Position numbers and translations under genes: made by a program. A stretch of 64,000 nt of DNA from a bacterium (GTDB lineage Bacteria; Zhuqueibacterota; Zhuqueibacteria; Residuimicrobiales; Krinioviventaceae), in contig CAXXMD010000002.1 in NCBI GenBank assembly GCA_963675755.2, forward strand, positions 256,001 to 320,000. The letters run 5' to 3'. Numbering within the stretch: the first letter of the stretch is position 1; the number at the start of each line of letters is the position of its first letter. The notes under the pieces were generated by a model. That model had not been told where the DNA came from and did not search any database. It saw only the letters and a list, made by a program, of their open reading frames with translations. Shown in pieces: positions 1 through 10,450 of the stretch.

Positions 1-4
1 ATAG

Positions 5-30
5 TGTAACAAATGAATTTAATTTGCGTT
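5..30 (+). promoter_or_regulatory. ECF (SigW/SigE-like) promoter TGTAAC-N16-CGTT
   Basis: Motif lies directly upstream of the DUF4097 gene; near-identical motifs at 5814, 13394(-) and 52823. Confidence 0.55.
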
Positions 31-53
31 TTAAAATAAAAATGGAGGCAGGA

Positions 54-1037
54 ATGGAAAAATTAAAATTATATCTTTTATCAACTGTTATTTTATTCTT
101 TATTGCGCAAGGTGCTTTTGCCGATATAGATGCAAATTTAAAAAAGACATTTGATGTTAATAAAGGCGGTACATTATATATTGAATCTGATTTTGGCAGT
201 ATAGAAGTATCAACTCATAAAAGTAATTCTGTGATTGTTGAGATTTTAAGAGAAGTTGATGCTTTTACCAAAAAAGAAGCTGAAAGAATACTTGAAGACC
301 TTGAAATAACTCTTGATCAGCAGGGAAATGATGTATATGTTGAAGCTGATTATCATAAAGATGGTTTCAGATGGGGAAACCGTCGTATAAAGATGAAATT
401 TATTGTAACAGTACCAGATGAATATAATGTTGATCTGAGCACTTCCGGAGGCAGTATTTCTGTAGATGATCTTAAAGGTGCTGTAGCTGCAAAAACTTCT
501 GGTGGTAGTTTATCCTTTGGTAATATTGAAGGACCTGTAAATGGTCGTACTTCAGGTGGCAGTATAAGTCTTGATGGCTGCGATGGCAATGCGGATATTA
601 AAACCTCTGGTGGAAGTATCAAGATAGGAGATGTTAATGGAAGTGTTGATGCGCATACCTCTGGTGGTTCAATAAAAATAAATCGTGCAGAAGGCAATGT
701 AATTGCAAAAACTTCCGGTGGCAGTATTTCTGTTGAGGAAGTCTTGGGCGAGATTGAAGCCAAAACTTCTGGCGGTTCTGTAACAGCACGCATTTTATCT
801 CAACCCAAAGCCGATTGTACTCTTAGTACATCTGGTGGAAGTGTGAATATATACATGGCTAATAATGTGGATGTTAATGTAGATGCGAAAACCAGTGGCG
901 GCCGTGTAAAAACTGAATTTCCTGTGACTATTCAAGGTGAGATTAAAAAGAACGAGCTAAAAGCCAAAATCAATGATGGAGGTCCATTGCTTTATCTTCG
1001 AACTTCAGGTGGTAATATCAATTTAAATGAATTATAA
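54..1037 (+). CDS. DUF4097 family beta-strand repeat exported protein
   Basis: Signal peptide (..GAFA/D), ten xTSGG repeats; GGAGG/GGA RBS before ATG 54. Confidence 0.85.
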   Translation: MEKLKLYLLSTVILFFIAQGAFADIDANLKKTFDVNKGGTLYIESDFGSIEVSTHKSNSVIVEILREVDAFTKKEAERILEDLEITLDQQGNDVYVEADYHKDGFRWGNRRIKMKFIVTVPDEYNVDLSTSGGSISVDDLKGAVAAKTSGGSLSFGNIEGPVNGRTSGGSISLDGCDGNADIKTSGGSIKIGDVNGSVDAHTSGGSIKINRAEGNVIAKTSGGSISVEEVLGEIEAKTSGGSVTARILSQPKADCTLSTSGGSVNIYMANNVDVNVDAKTSGGRVKTEFPVTIQGEIKKNELKAKINDGGPLLYLRTSGGNINLNEL

Positions 1038-1060
1038 AAAAAGTTATTTCCTTTCCCCCA

Positions 1061-1091
1061 AGGCCCTGAAATTTTTTCAGGGCTTTTTTTT
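1061..1091 (+). terminator. Intrinsic terminator
   Basis: GCCCTGAAA/TTTCAGGGC stem followed by T-run. Confidence 0.85.
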
Positions 1092-1124
1092 GTTATATCA
1101 AACAAAATTAATCAAGGATAAAAT

Positions 1125-1820
1125 ATGACAATCAATTCCGGTTTTACAGGCTTTCCAAAGGAAGGTGTAGATTTTTTAGGGAAATTAAAATTAAATAATA
1201 CTAAACCCTGGTTTCAGGAGCATAAAGACGAATATGAAAAATACCTGGTAGACCCGGCAAGAGCTTTTATTCTGGAAATGGGGACTAGATTAACCACACT
1301 TTCACCATCTGTTACCTTTGATCCCAGAACGGATAAATCTTTGTTCAGAATTTATAGGGATGTTCGCTTTAGTAAAGATAAAACACCTTACAAGACACAT
1401 CTGGCAATTTGGTTCTGGGAGGGAAATCGGAAAAAGGTTGAAAACTCGGGCTACTATTTCCATCTTGAAGCAGACCATCTTTTACTGGCTGTGGGATTAC
1501 ATACCTTTCCACCTGATTTGATGGATAATTATCGTCAAGCTGTTGATGGTGAAAAATCAGGCAAGGAATTGCTCGATGCTGTGGATCTGGTTGAAAGTAA
1601 GGGATATGATGTGAGTGCTGAAACATATAAACGTGTACCGGGAGGTTATGCTCAGGACCATCCACGTATGCGTTTTCTTAAATATAAAGGTTTTGGTGCA
1701 ATGAAAGCTTTTCCAATTAATGACACGCTGCATTCTACAGATTTGATTGATTTCTGCTACAATGTCTATGAGGATCTGAGCCTGCTTCATTACTGGCTGG
1801 TTAAATATGTAACCAAATAG
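1125..1820 (+). CDS. DUF2461 / TIGR02453 family protein
   Basis: NNTKPWF..HKDEY and FRIYRDVRFSKDKTPYK motifs. Confidence 0.9.
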   Translation: MTINSGFTGFPKEGVDFLGKLKLNNTKPWFQEHKDEYEKYLVDPARAFILEMGTRLTTLSPSVTFDPRTDKSLFRIYRDVRFSKDKTPYKTHLAIWFWEGNRKKVENSGYYFHLEADHLLLAVGLHTFPPDLMDNYRQAVDGEKSGKELLDAVDLVESKGYDVSAETYKRVPGGYAQDHPRMRFLKYKGFGAMKAFPINDTLHSTDLIDFCYNVYEDLSLLHYWLVKYVTK

Positions 1821-1979
1821 TTACTACCTTTTTTCCGGTTCTTGTTTGACTTGTTTTCTTATTTGGCATATTTTACGTATATTTCATAATCTAAACATAA
1901 TATTGAATTAATGAATTGATTTTAAATTCAATTGTGTCTAAATTATTATCTTTTGTTTTTGAAAAAGGAGAAACGGCTT

Positions 1980-2606
1980 ATGAATGCTGTATTGGAAAAA
2001 CTCGGTCAGATGAGAATTGTACCTGTTGTTGCGATCCACAATGCAAGTGATGCACAGCCACTAGCCCTGGCATTAATGGAAGGTGGATTGCCTTGTGCTG
2101 AAATAACATTTAGAACAGATGCTGCGGAAGAAGCGATCAAGGCAATGGCAACAATTGACAATATGCTGGTAGGTGCCGGTACAGTATTAAAAGTTGATCA
2201 GGTAAAAACAGCAGTAGATGCCGGTGCATCTTTTATTGTTTCACCTGGCTTTAACCCAAAAGTAGTTGAATATTGTGTTAAAAACAATATTCCTGTAACC
2301 CCGGGCATCAGTAATCCAACGGATATTGAAATGGCTTTGGATTTTGATCTTGAGGTTGTCAAGTTTTTCCCGGCAGAGGCGTTTGGTGGATTAAAGACGC
2401 TTAAAGCCATGAGTGCCCCGTATCATATGGTGAAATTCATACCTACGGGTGGAATAAACGCTGACAATCTTGTATCATATTTGGAATTCCCCAAAGTGTT
2501 AGCTTGCGGTGGCAGTTGGATGGTTAAAGCAGATCTCATTAATGAAGGTAAATTTGAAGAGATATCCTGCCTTACCCGAAAGGCCATGGATATCGCAATG
2601 TCTTGA
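1980..2606 (+). CDS. eda: KDPG/KHG aldolase
   Basis: EITFRT, GAGTV, FIVSPG, KFFPAE, PTGGI motifs; AGGAG RBS before ATG 1980. Confidence 0.93.
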   Translation: MNAVLEKLGQMRIVPVVAIHNASDAQPLALALMEGGLPCAEITFRTDAAEEAIKAMATIDNMLVGAGTVLKVDQVKTAVDAGASFIVSPGFNPKVVEYCVKNNIPVTPGISNPTDIEMALDFDLEVVKFFPAEAFGGLKTLKAMSAPYHMVKFIPTGGINADNLVSYLEFPKVLACGGSWMVKADLINEGKFEEISCLTRKAMDIAMS

Positions 2607-2625
2607 CATAATTGAGGATATCATA

Positions 2626-4017
2626 ATGACGCAACCTGTTTTAACTAAAATAATTTGTTCAATATCCGACCGGAACGCGGGTAATGAATTTTTAACCGAT
2701 CTTTTCAACAGTGGTACAAAGATCCTGAGATTAAATACCGCACATCAATCTGTTGAATCGACAAAAGAAGTAATTGATAATATTCGCAAGGTATCTGAAC
2801 GTATCAGCATAATGCTTGATACCAAAGGGGCTGAAATGCGAACAGCCAATGTTGCCGAGCCTGTTACTGTTGCTAAAGATGGAATGATTAAAATAGTCAA
2901 TAGTCTGTCGGAAACGCAGCCAGATACTCCTGAATTTCAAATCAATTACAGTAATTTTGTCAAAGATGTACCTATTGATTCAATGGTACTTGTTAATGAC
3001 GGTAGTATTCGGTTAAGAGTAATAGAAAAAACAAAATCTTATTTACTTTGCCGAGCTGAACAGGGTGGGACTATTGGAGATAAACGTTCAGTAAATGTGC
3101 CGGATGTTCATATAAATCTTCCTGCGATCAATGTTAGGGACGATGATTATATCCGGTTAGCTGCTGACGAAAATGTAGAATATATTGCACATTCTTTTGT
3201 GCGTTCAAAACAGGATGTTGAGGCGGTCCGTAACCGTATTCAACATTATGGTGGTAATTCACAATTAATTGCAAAAATTGAAAATTATGAAGGTATAAAT
3301 AATCTAGATGAGATTATTAGTGCTGCGGATGCAATCATGATTGCAAGAGGTGATCTTGGTGTTGAGGTCCCCTTTGAAAAAGTTGCAAAAATTCAAAAAC
3401 ATATAATAAATCAATGCCGTATCAATGAAAAACCGGTAATTCTGGCTACCCACTTGTTAGAAAGTATGCGGGAAAATATACGTCCAACACAGGCAGAAGT
3501 CAGTGATATTGCTAATGCGGTTTTTGATGGTATAGATGCTTTAACATTGACGGGTGAAACTGCTGCCGGAGCACATCCTGTAGAGGCGGCACAGACTCTT
3601 GTGAGGATTGTGCAATATAATGAAAAGCTGCACCCATTGCTGCCAGTCGATTCTAATCCTCCATTATCCGAGCAGAATATTTATGAATGTCGCAAAGCAA
3701 TGGAAGCAGCAAATTACCGTCTTGCCAAAGCAATTGTTATTTCTTCAAAAGAGGAAAATACAATAAGATATTTATCAACATTCAGAAGCAGAGTTCCTTT
3801 GATTGTTGTATGTTCTTCACAAAAAGAAAGTAAACGTTTTGCACTGTATTACAGTGTAACTCCAATTGTTTTGGAGCATGAGAATGCTTTGTCTGATCTT
3901 TTTAAACAATGGGATTTTACTGAATCAGATCATATAATATATTTAACACCCCGCGATAATCATTTGCATTCTGAATTGTTAAATTTGAGAGAGGTGTGTC
4001 AGCACTTGAAAAAATAA
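2626..4017 (+). CDS. pyk: Pyruvate kinase (divergent, Bacteroides-like)
   Basis: TKIICSISDR, RLNTAH, LDTKG, KIEN, MIARGDLGVE; GAGG RBS before ATG 2626. Confidence 0.88.
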   Translation: MTQPVLTKIICSISDRNAGNEFLTDLFNSGTKILRLNTAHQSVESTKEVIDNIRKVSERISIMLDTKGAEMRTANVAEPVTVAKDGMIKIVNSLSETQPDTPEFQINYSNFVKDVPIDSMVLVNDGSIRLRVIEKTKSYLLCRAEQGGTIGDKRSVNVPDVHINLPAINVRDDDYIRLAADENVEYIAHSFVRSKQDVEAVRNRIQHYGGNSQLIAKIENYEGINNLDEIISAADAIMIARGDLGVEVPFEKVAKIQKHIINQCRINEKPVILATHLLESMRENIRPTQAEVSDIANAVFDGIDALTLTGETAAGAHPVEAAQTLVRIVQYNEKLHPLLPVDSNPPLSEQNIYECRKAMEAANYRLAKAIVISSKEENTIRYLSTFRSRVPLIVVCSSQKESKRFALYYSVTPIVLEHENALSDLFKQWDFTESDHIIYLTPRDNHLHSELLNLREVCQHLKK

Positions 4018-4033
4018 CTGTTTACCAGGGTAT

Positions 4034-4071
4034 ACAATAAAGCCGAATTAATCAAAATTCGGCTTTATTGT
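4034..4071 (+). terminator. Intrinsic terminator hairpin
   Basis: ACAATAAAGCCGAATT / AATTCGGCTTTATTGT inverted repeat. Confidence 0.75.
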
Positions 4072-4216
4072 TATTTTTATTATCTGGAACAATGCTAAAT
4101 TCCTGTTTTTATGAGATTATTGTAAAAAAAATTATTTTAAATTCGTATTTTTTATCTAAAATTGGTACATTAATTGTTACATAATATTTGAATTAATACA
4201 AATTGACTTTTTTAGA

Positions 4217-5797
4217 TTGGTAATTATGGCCTCACCCAATAACCGGTTGCTGGATAATTTTTTTATAAGAATGCTTCTAGGCCTTTTTCTTGGTGCATTG
4301 GCACTGAGTGTTGAACTCTTTTTTCAACAGGCCGTAATGGGGCAAAATCCGTTTTTATTCCGTGCATATATAATTCCAATTGTATATGGTGGTCTGAGTG
4401 GTATATTATTGTCATATTTTTATACCAAAAATCAAACTGCCATAAAGAAAAAGCTGCGTTTTGAAACTACACAAAAAAGCAGATACCAGCGAGAAAATGA
4501 AAAAAATAGTAAAATATTAAAACATCTCAAGGCAAAACTTGATCACGAGATTTTTGAAAATAAAAATACTACATCTGCACTTCGTAAAGCAAAATTGGAA
4601 ATCAATAAAATCAATGATAGTACCAATAGTATTGGCCGGGTATTGATTGTTGATGACGAGTATAATTTTTTAAAATTTTTACAAGACCAAATGTTTCAGG
4701 CCGAATTTGATGTCATTACCGCAACCAGTGGTAAAGAAGGACTCATGAAATTGGCTGCTAATAATGTTGATCTGGTAATCAGTGATTACAAGATGCCAGA
4801 AATGTCTGGTGCAGATTTTTTGAAAAATGTGAAATTTGATTTTCCGCAGGTTAATCGTGCAGTAATGAGTGATTTCGAGTTTCAACCCTCTGTTGTTAAA
4901 ATTCTTACCGAAGGTCTTGCCACTACAACTTTTGCTAAACCTCAGGGCAATGATGTTTCACCACTGACTCAGCAGATTACCAGAATGCTTAAAATGAGAA
5001 GGCAGTTGAATGATCAAAAGATTTTGGAATTGATGGAAAGTATAGATCATTTACCCAAATTGCCATATATTTTTAATGAATTTAATGATGCTGTCAGGAG
5101 GGAAGCTAATTTTCAAATGCTTTCTGAAATCATTAGTAAAGATGCTGGTATATCTACAAAGCTCATGCAAATTGCCAATTCAGCATTTCTTGCTACTGAA
5201 AAAACATCATCTCTTGAACAATCGATCATGATGCTGGGTGTAAATGCTACCCGTGATATTGTTTTGACTGTTTCTTTGATGGAACAGGGGACCGAGAAGA
5301 AAGAACATTTGGATTATTTTCAGAAAATCATGAAGCATTCTACTGTTGTTAACAAGTATATGGATCCCATTAGCAAGATTGTTTTAGGAAAAGGGATTGA
5401 TCGGAATTTCAAGTCCATTGGCCTTACGCATGATATTGGCAAAATTATGTTGCTACAGCACTTTCCTGAACGTTTCGAAAAAATTATGTCATATATGTTT
5501 TCTCATCCTAATACCAGTTTTTATGAAAGTGAAATAGCACTGGGATATGAGAATTGCACCCATTCTGAAATTGGTGCTTATCTGTTAGACCTGTGGAATT
5601 TTCCGGATGCAACTGTAGAAGTTTCTTTATTTCATCATAAACCCTCCGATGCCAGAGATATAAAAAATGTTGACGTTTTAAAGGCAGTAAGCATTACCAA
5701 TGAATTGGTCAATTATTTAACTCGCCCAGTCAATATTGAAAATGTTAATTTTAGCAACATGTTTAAAGCCATTCGAGCTGATCTGCTTAAAAACTAG
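4217..5797 (+). CDS. Membrane-anchored response regulator with HDOD output domain
   Basis: Two N-terminal hydrophobic helices, REC (LIVDDE, ISDYKMP, KP), HDOD (LPKLP, ANSAF, THDIGK, HSEIGAYLLDLWNFP, HH); start may be ATG 4226. Confidence 0.85.
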   Translation: MVIMASPNNRLLDNFFIRMLLGLFLGALALSVELFFQQAVMGQNPFLFRAYIIPIVYGGLSGILLSYFYTKNQTAIKKKLRFETTQKSRYQRENEKNSKILKHLKAKLDHEIFENKNTTSALRKAKLEINKINDSTNSIGRVLIVDDEYNFLKFLQDQMFQAEFDVITATSGKEGLMKLAANNVDLVISDYKMPEMSGADFLKNVKFDFPQVNRAVMSDFEFQPSVVKILTEGLATTTFAKPQGNDVSPLTQQITRMLKMRRQLNDQKILELMESIDHLPKLPYIFNEFNDAVRREANFQMLSEIISKDAGISTKLMQIANSAFLATEKTSSLEQSIMMLGVNATRDIVLTVSLMEQGTEKKEHLDYFQKIMKHSTVVNKYMDPISKIVLGKGIDRNFKSIGLTHDIGKIMLLQHFPERFEKIMSYMFSHPNTSFYESEIALGYENCTHSEIGAYLLDLWNFPDATVEVSLFHHKPSDARDIKNVDVLKAVSITNELVNYLTRPVNIENVNFSNMFKAIRADLLKN

Positions 5798-5813
5798 CCT
5801 CTTGACTCACTAT

Positions 5814-5840
5814 TGAAACCTTTTTTTCTATTTTCCCGTA
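5814..5840 (+). promoter_or_regulatory. ECF (SigW-like) promoter TGAAAC-N17-CGTA
   Basis: Matches SigW-type -35/-10 elements 35 bp upstream of the ATG. Confidence 0.6.
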
Positions 5841-5875
5841 TCTTAATTTATACTAATTAATTAAGGAGAGCGGGT

Positions 5876-6463
5876 ATGAAAAAGTTTTATCTACTATTAT
5901 TTCTATTTCCATTTTATTTATGCCTGGGGGCAGAAGTTGGCGAGGATTGTGATGAAATAATCCTGAATTTTAATGATGGGGTTCACATGGGTGAATTCAG
6001 CACTGATGATTTTAATCTCGATATTGAGGATGATGAAATCATATTCAAATCGAATGAAAATCATGATGTTGTGGTCATGACCAAAGATTGCGGACTGTTG
6101 ATTAATAACGAGTCTATCGATTTAAATGGCCATCAAACTGATATGGTTTGTGAATATCGTGAATTGATGTATGGAATAGTTGACGAGGCTAAAGATCTGG
6201 GATTAGCCGGGGCCAAAGTTGGTTTAAAAGGAGCTGCTATTGGTTTGACTGCTGCTGCAAGTGTTGTAAAACTTTTGTTGCCAGGTTATGATGAAGACGA
6301 TCTTGAACGTGATATTGAATTTAAAACTGAAAAATTAGAACTTGAAGCTGAAAAACTGGAAAAAAAGGGGGAAGAGATTGAAGTCATGGGTGATCATTTG
6401 GATGATTTGCATGATGAATTAAAAGACAATATCCCTGAGTTAAAGGAACTGGGCTGGTTTTAA
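5876..6463 (+). CDS. Exported acidic protein, YggN/DUF2884-like
   Basis: Signal peptide, 'GLLINNESIDLN', helical C-terminus ending IPELKELGWF; AAGGAG RBS. Confidence 0.55.
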   Translation: MKKFYLLLFLFPFYLCLGAEVGEDCDEIILNFNDGVHMGEFSTDDFNLDIEDDEIIFKSNENHDVVVMTKDCGLLINNESIDLNGHQTDMVCEYRELMYGIVDEAKDLGLAGAKVGLKGAAIGLTAAASVVKLLLPGYDEDDLERDIEFKTEKLELEAEKLEKKGEEIEVMGDHLDDLHDELKDNIPELKELGWF

Positions 6464-6476
6464 ACCAGCCCTTTTT
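6451..6476. terminator. Terminator hairpin between convergent genes, overlapping the 3' end of the upstream CDS
   Basis: GGGCTGGTTT-T-AAACCAGCCC-TTTTT, spanning the stop codon at 6461-6463. Confidence 0.7.
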
Positions 6477-6478
6477 CC

Positions 6479-9298
6479 TTAATTTTTCCTTGATAACAAT
6501 CCTATAATACCAGCCAGAATAAACAAGGTAGTCAGAAAACACATCGCAACTCCAATAAACAAAGCGCTGCCCAGTTGTCCGAATCCTCTCCATATTGAAA
6601 ATACCAAAGAGCCAAATCCCAGCATGGTTGTTAATGATGTAAGAAGTATCGCTTTTCCTGTACTTGAATAGACAAGCTGCAAATTGCTCTTTCCTTCGCT
6701 TATCCACCTATGCATAACATGTACGCCATCATCAATTCCTATTCCTATAATGAGCGGCAAGCCCATAACATTCATCACAGTTAATTGTAAACCTAACAAG
6801 TGCATTGTACCAACCATCCAGAACACACCGGCAATCAATGGTATCATGGCAATTAATGCATAACCTGGTTTTTTAAAGTCATACCATAATACAAAAAACA
6901 TTAAAATAATGGTTAATAATGCTGCGTTTCGTCCATCCTGACCAATCACATCAATTAATGCTCTGAAAACAGGCGGCATACCGGTTGCATTGGGACTAAT
7001 TCTCTCCAAATCATTTGAGAATTGTTCAAGAAATTTGGCATCCTGCCATATATTCCCTGATGGAAAAACAGTAACCATAAATTGATCTCTTTTCTTGTTA
7101 CTGTAACGGTCCTTGATAGACTCTGGCAAATCGTTAAAGGTGATTTGTTCTGTTTTGCACATGTTCAATACTGAACTTTTGAAATAAGGGGCCGCTTGTT
7201 TTTGATAATCTGCAAGTTTAATATTGGCTGTAGGATTTGATGCCAATTCATCTTTAACCAGCGAAATATAGCTGATTGGATTGTCTGCAGAAGGATCACC
7301 AACGAGTTCTTTACACTTGGTATCGACCTTGTCTTGTCCGCCCAGATAAGCCATATCCTGCATTTCCATAATGTTCATCTCGAGACGTTCAAGTTCGGTT
7401 ATCAAATTTTCCATGTCTTTGGAAGAGATTTGGGATTGAATTGTTGATTTTAAAAGTCTGTTCTGAATCTCTTTGATGTACGGCTTTCTCGCTTGCTGCT
7501 GTTTTTCTGATGGCAGATACATTGAAATATCATCTACTATGGCTACTGTGCCAGTCTTGCGATATTCTTCAGCGATTCTTCTTGATTCATCTATGGTCTC
7601 AGACAGTACCATTCCATAATCCATACTCAAATCAAATTTGTCCAGAATTGAATCCTGAAGTGCAATTGATGTAAGACCTTCCGGTTCGATGTTCATGTAA
7701 TTATGGTCAAACGTAATACGAAATGCAGCAATTGTTAATATGATTGTTAAAAGTAACGCAATAGTGAGTGATATTATGGGGTGTTTGCCCAATTTACCGG
7801 CAGTTTTGCCCATAAATTTGAAAGAAAGATCTCTTTTTTGAGCCACAATCCCTTTTTTCTCTTTTTTCCTTTCCCGCAAAACCAAAAGTGCGGGAAGAAA
7901 CAAGAATGTAGAAACCATAATCGCCAGTAATCCAAATCCACTAACCAAACCCATTTCTTTCATACCGCGAGAGCTGCTTATAACCAATGCAAGAAATGCA
8001 ATTGAAGTTGTAATACCACCAGTCAAAATGCCTCTGCCTATTTTAGAGAGGGTGAGCTCCAGGGATTCCTTGATGGATAAGTGTTTGGCCCGGTATTCTG
8101 TAAACCCGGTAATAATATGGATTGAGAAATCTATGCCCAAACCAATCAGAATTACCGTAAACATGTAGGTCATCATATTGAGTTGACCCACTGTTATAGC
8201 GGCTACACCCATGGCCCAAATGATTCCAATGATAAGATTTATGATAGCATAAAAGGGAGCCATTAACATTCTGAACGCAATAATAAGCATTACCAGAATT
8301 GCGATAAACGCAATAACGCTGGTAATACCCAGACTTTGCTCAGAGTATACCATTTCGTCATGAGACACTGCCATCATTCCAGTCAGACCAGCATGAACCT
8401 CGGGAAATGATTTTACATGATTATCGATCAATTCTTGAACAACATCCGTTAAAAGAATGGTTTTGTCCATTTCCATCAAACTAAAAGTTGGGATAACGTT
8501 CATGATAATAGCATCCTGATCATATGAGATCATAAATGGATCGCCATACAACAATTTTTCAATGACCTGTTTTGCTTTAGCTTCATCTGCATTATCATTA
8601 TTGTAATTTTGTAATAAAGTTATAAAGTCTTTGATGCCATCAAGAAAAACAACTGCATTATCTTCTTTTTGCCTTGTGCTGATTGATTCCTTTTGTCCCA
8701 CATATTCCTTTTCCATACTATTGTTCATATTTTCAATCAAGGAGACAAGATTAGCATCGTAATAAATATCTTTAATGTTTTTCAAATCATCTTCTTTTAC
8801 CAGCAAAAGACCATTTTTCTTTAGAAATTCTATTTCATTTTTATAATCAATACGTTTAACAAGTTTCTGTGATAAAAGAGATTTTTGGGTTATAATTTTC
8901 TGTTCTAGTTCTTGTATTGATTTACTGTCCTGATTCTCTCTAGCTTTTAAAAGTTCCTGTTCTAATGCAGCAATTTCTGAATTTAATTCTTCATTCCGGG
9001 TTGAATCAACAAGAGTTAGTATTTTGGGAGCAACAGATTCCGCAAACGATTTAATCTCTTTTTCATCGCCCTGTACTATGACGACCAGGCTGGTGGCTGT
9101 TGAAAATTCATCCAGGATTTTGTTAAATTGCAATGTACGGATATCTTTTTCCGGTAACAGATCAGACCATCGCATTGTAATATCGAGTTGTGAAGAAAAT
9201 GCCATGAATATCACTGTCATTACGAGTACAAAAGTGATCATCCTCCATGGATGTTCTGCATGTGCATCAGCAAGACGGGATAATAATTTTTCTCTCAT
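6479..9298 (-). CDS. MMPL/RND family transporter (HpnN-like)
   Basis: Two repeats of 1 TM + large loop + 5 TM; GLGIDFSIH and GIGIDDGVH motifs. Confidence 0.9.
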   Translation of the reverse strand: MREKLLSRLADAHAEHPWRMITFVLVMTVIFMAFSSQLDITMRWSDLLPEKDIRTLQFNKILDEFSTATSLVVIVQGDEKEIKSFAESVAPKILTLVDSTRNEELNSEIAALEQELLKARENQDSKSIQELEQKIITQKSLLSQKLVKRIDYKNEIEFLKKNGLLLVKEDDLKNIKDIYYDANLVSLIENMNNSMEKEYVGQKESISTRQKEDNAVVFLDGIKDFITLLQNYNNDNADEAKAKQVIEKLLYGDPFMISYDQDAIIMNVIPTFSLMEMDKTILLTDVVQELIDNHVKSFPEVHAGLTGMMAVSHDEMVYSEQSLGITSVIAFIAILVMLIIAFRMLMAPFYAIINLIIGIIWAMGVAAITVGQLNMMTYMFTVILIGLGIDFSIHIITGFTEYRAKHLSIKESLELTLSKIGRGILTGGITTSIAFLALVISSSRGMKEMGLVSGFGLLAIMVSTFLFLPALLVLRERKKEKKGIVAQKRDLSFKFMGKTAGKLGKHPIISLTIALLLTIILTIAAFRITFDHNYMNIEPEGLTSIALQDSILDKFDLSMDYGMVLSETIDESRRIAEEYRKTGTVAIVDDISMYLPSEKQQQARKPYIKEIQNRLLKSTIQSQISSKDMENLITELERLEMNIMEMQDMAYLGGQDKVDTKCKELVGDPSADNPISYISLVKDELASNPTANIKLADYQKQAAPYFKSSVLNMCKTEQITFNDLPESIKDRYSNKKRDQFMVTVFPSGNIWQDAKFLEQFSNDLERISPNATGMPPVFRALIDVIGQDGRNAALLTIILMFFVLWYDFKKPGYALIAMIPLIAGVFWMVGTMHLLGLQLTVMNVMGLPLIIGIGIDDGVHVMHRWISEGKSNLQLVYSSTGKAILLTSLTTMLGFGSLVFSIWRGFGQLGSALFIGVAMCFLTTLFILAGIIGLLSRKN

Positions 9299-9319
9299 TT
9301 TTACAACTGTCCTTTATGG

Positions 9320-10438
9320 TTAGATTTTATTGATTTCGGTTTTGATACCCATCGTATCTATATCACTAATAAACTGTTCAGGATCTACTATATTGGCCTG
9401 ATACCATAAACCGGTTTTCTTAAATGTTCCTTCACTATATTGTTTTAAACAAGCAACTATGGGTACTGCTGTTAAAAAATATCCATCCGTATGCATCAGT
9501 TTAATTTGTATGTTTGATTGTTTATTGTTTGACAATCCCTCTGCTTCCAGGTTTAACATGGTAATAAATGGGGGCTTGCTGAATTTTTGCAGACCCCATT
9601 GAAACAATTTCCCAAATTTCTTTTCAGATTTTGGAAACCATTTTAATCCCAGCATTACGATTGGTGTAATAAGATAATCTGTTATTCCATTGAATCCCGT
9701 AATGTAAAACCCGGTTTCCTGTAATGATGGTATTAAATCCAAAAGTTCTTCAAATTCATTCATCACCATGGCAATACAATTCGCTTTGCCTACGGGGTAT
9801 CCAAAGTCATATTTGGGCATATTTTTGTAAGCAAGCGTGGTCCATTCTCTGTTCTGGATTATCTGTGGTTTGTAATCTTTGAATTCATGCACCATTTCCA
9901 GCACGGTTGATTCTGAAAAAGTATAAGCCTGCCAGTCCAGCCGGATTGTGCTAAAGATATTACCAGTGACTAGTTCATCCATTTCACTTGCAGCATAACG
10001 GACCAACGCAGCTGGAACCCCCGGATGAAATCCTGCATCTGTAATGAAAAGCCGCTCATTCCTGAGCATTTCTGGTCTGTATTTTTTTAAAATATTCAGT
10101 TTCTGATGATTTGATAATTGTGTGTCCAAATAATCGGTTCCGGTATTGATTGCTGCTTTTATCACATTTTCAACATATTCCATTGTGCTCGAAGCCATTA
10201 CAGTCATATCTGCCAGGGTAAATGCTGATTCAAGACTCTTTTGGTTTGCTGCATCAACTACCAGAGCATGAACACGATTACCTGAAAACATTTTGTTCAA
10301 CTCGTCGGATGTTTCCTGAGCACGATTTTTATTCCTGCCCGCAATGATGACATTTGAATCTGTGTGTAATAACAGTAATTCAGCAATCTGGAAACCTGTG
10401 TTTCCGTACCCACCAACAATCAGGAATGTTTTACTCAT
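9320..10438 (-). CDS. Saccharopine dehydrogenase-like NAD(P)-binding oxidoreductase
   Basis: IVGGYGNTG, IAGRN, YLD, AGFHPGVP motifs. Confidence 0.82.
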   Translation of the reverse strand: MSKTFLIVGGYGNTGFQIAELLLLHTDSNVIIAGRNKNRAQETSDELNKMFSGNRVHALVVDAANQKSLESAFTLADMTVMASSTMEYVENVIKAAINTGTDYLDTQLSNHQKLNILKKYRPEMLRNERLFITDAGFHPGVPAALVRYAASEMDELVTGNIFSTIRLDWQAYTFSESTVLEMVHEFKDYKPQIIQNREWTTLAYKNMPKYDFGYPVGKANCIAMVMNEFEELLDLIPSLQETGFYITGFNGITDYLITPIVMLGLKWFPKSEKKFGKLFQWGLQKFSKPPFITMLNLEAEGLSNNKQSNIQIKLMHTDGYFLTAVPIVACLKQYSEGTFKKTGLWYQANIVDPEQFISDIDTMGIKTEINKI

Positions 10439-10450
10439 AAATCCCTCTAA

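Noticed and set aside
353-793. 146-aa antisense ORF with PPEV repeats
   Set aside because: It is the mirror of the TSGG repeats in the DUF4097 gene
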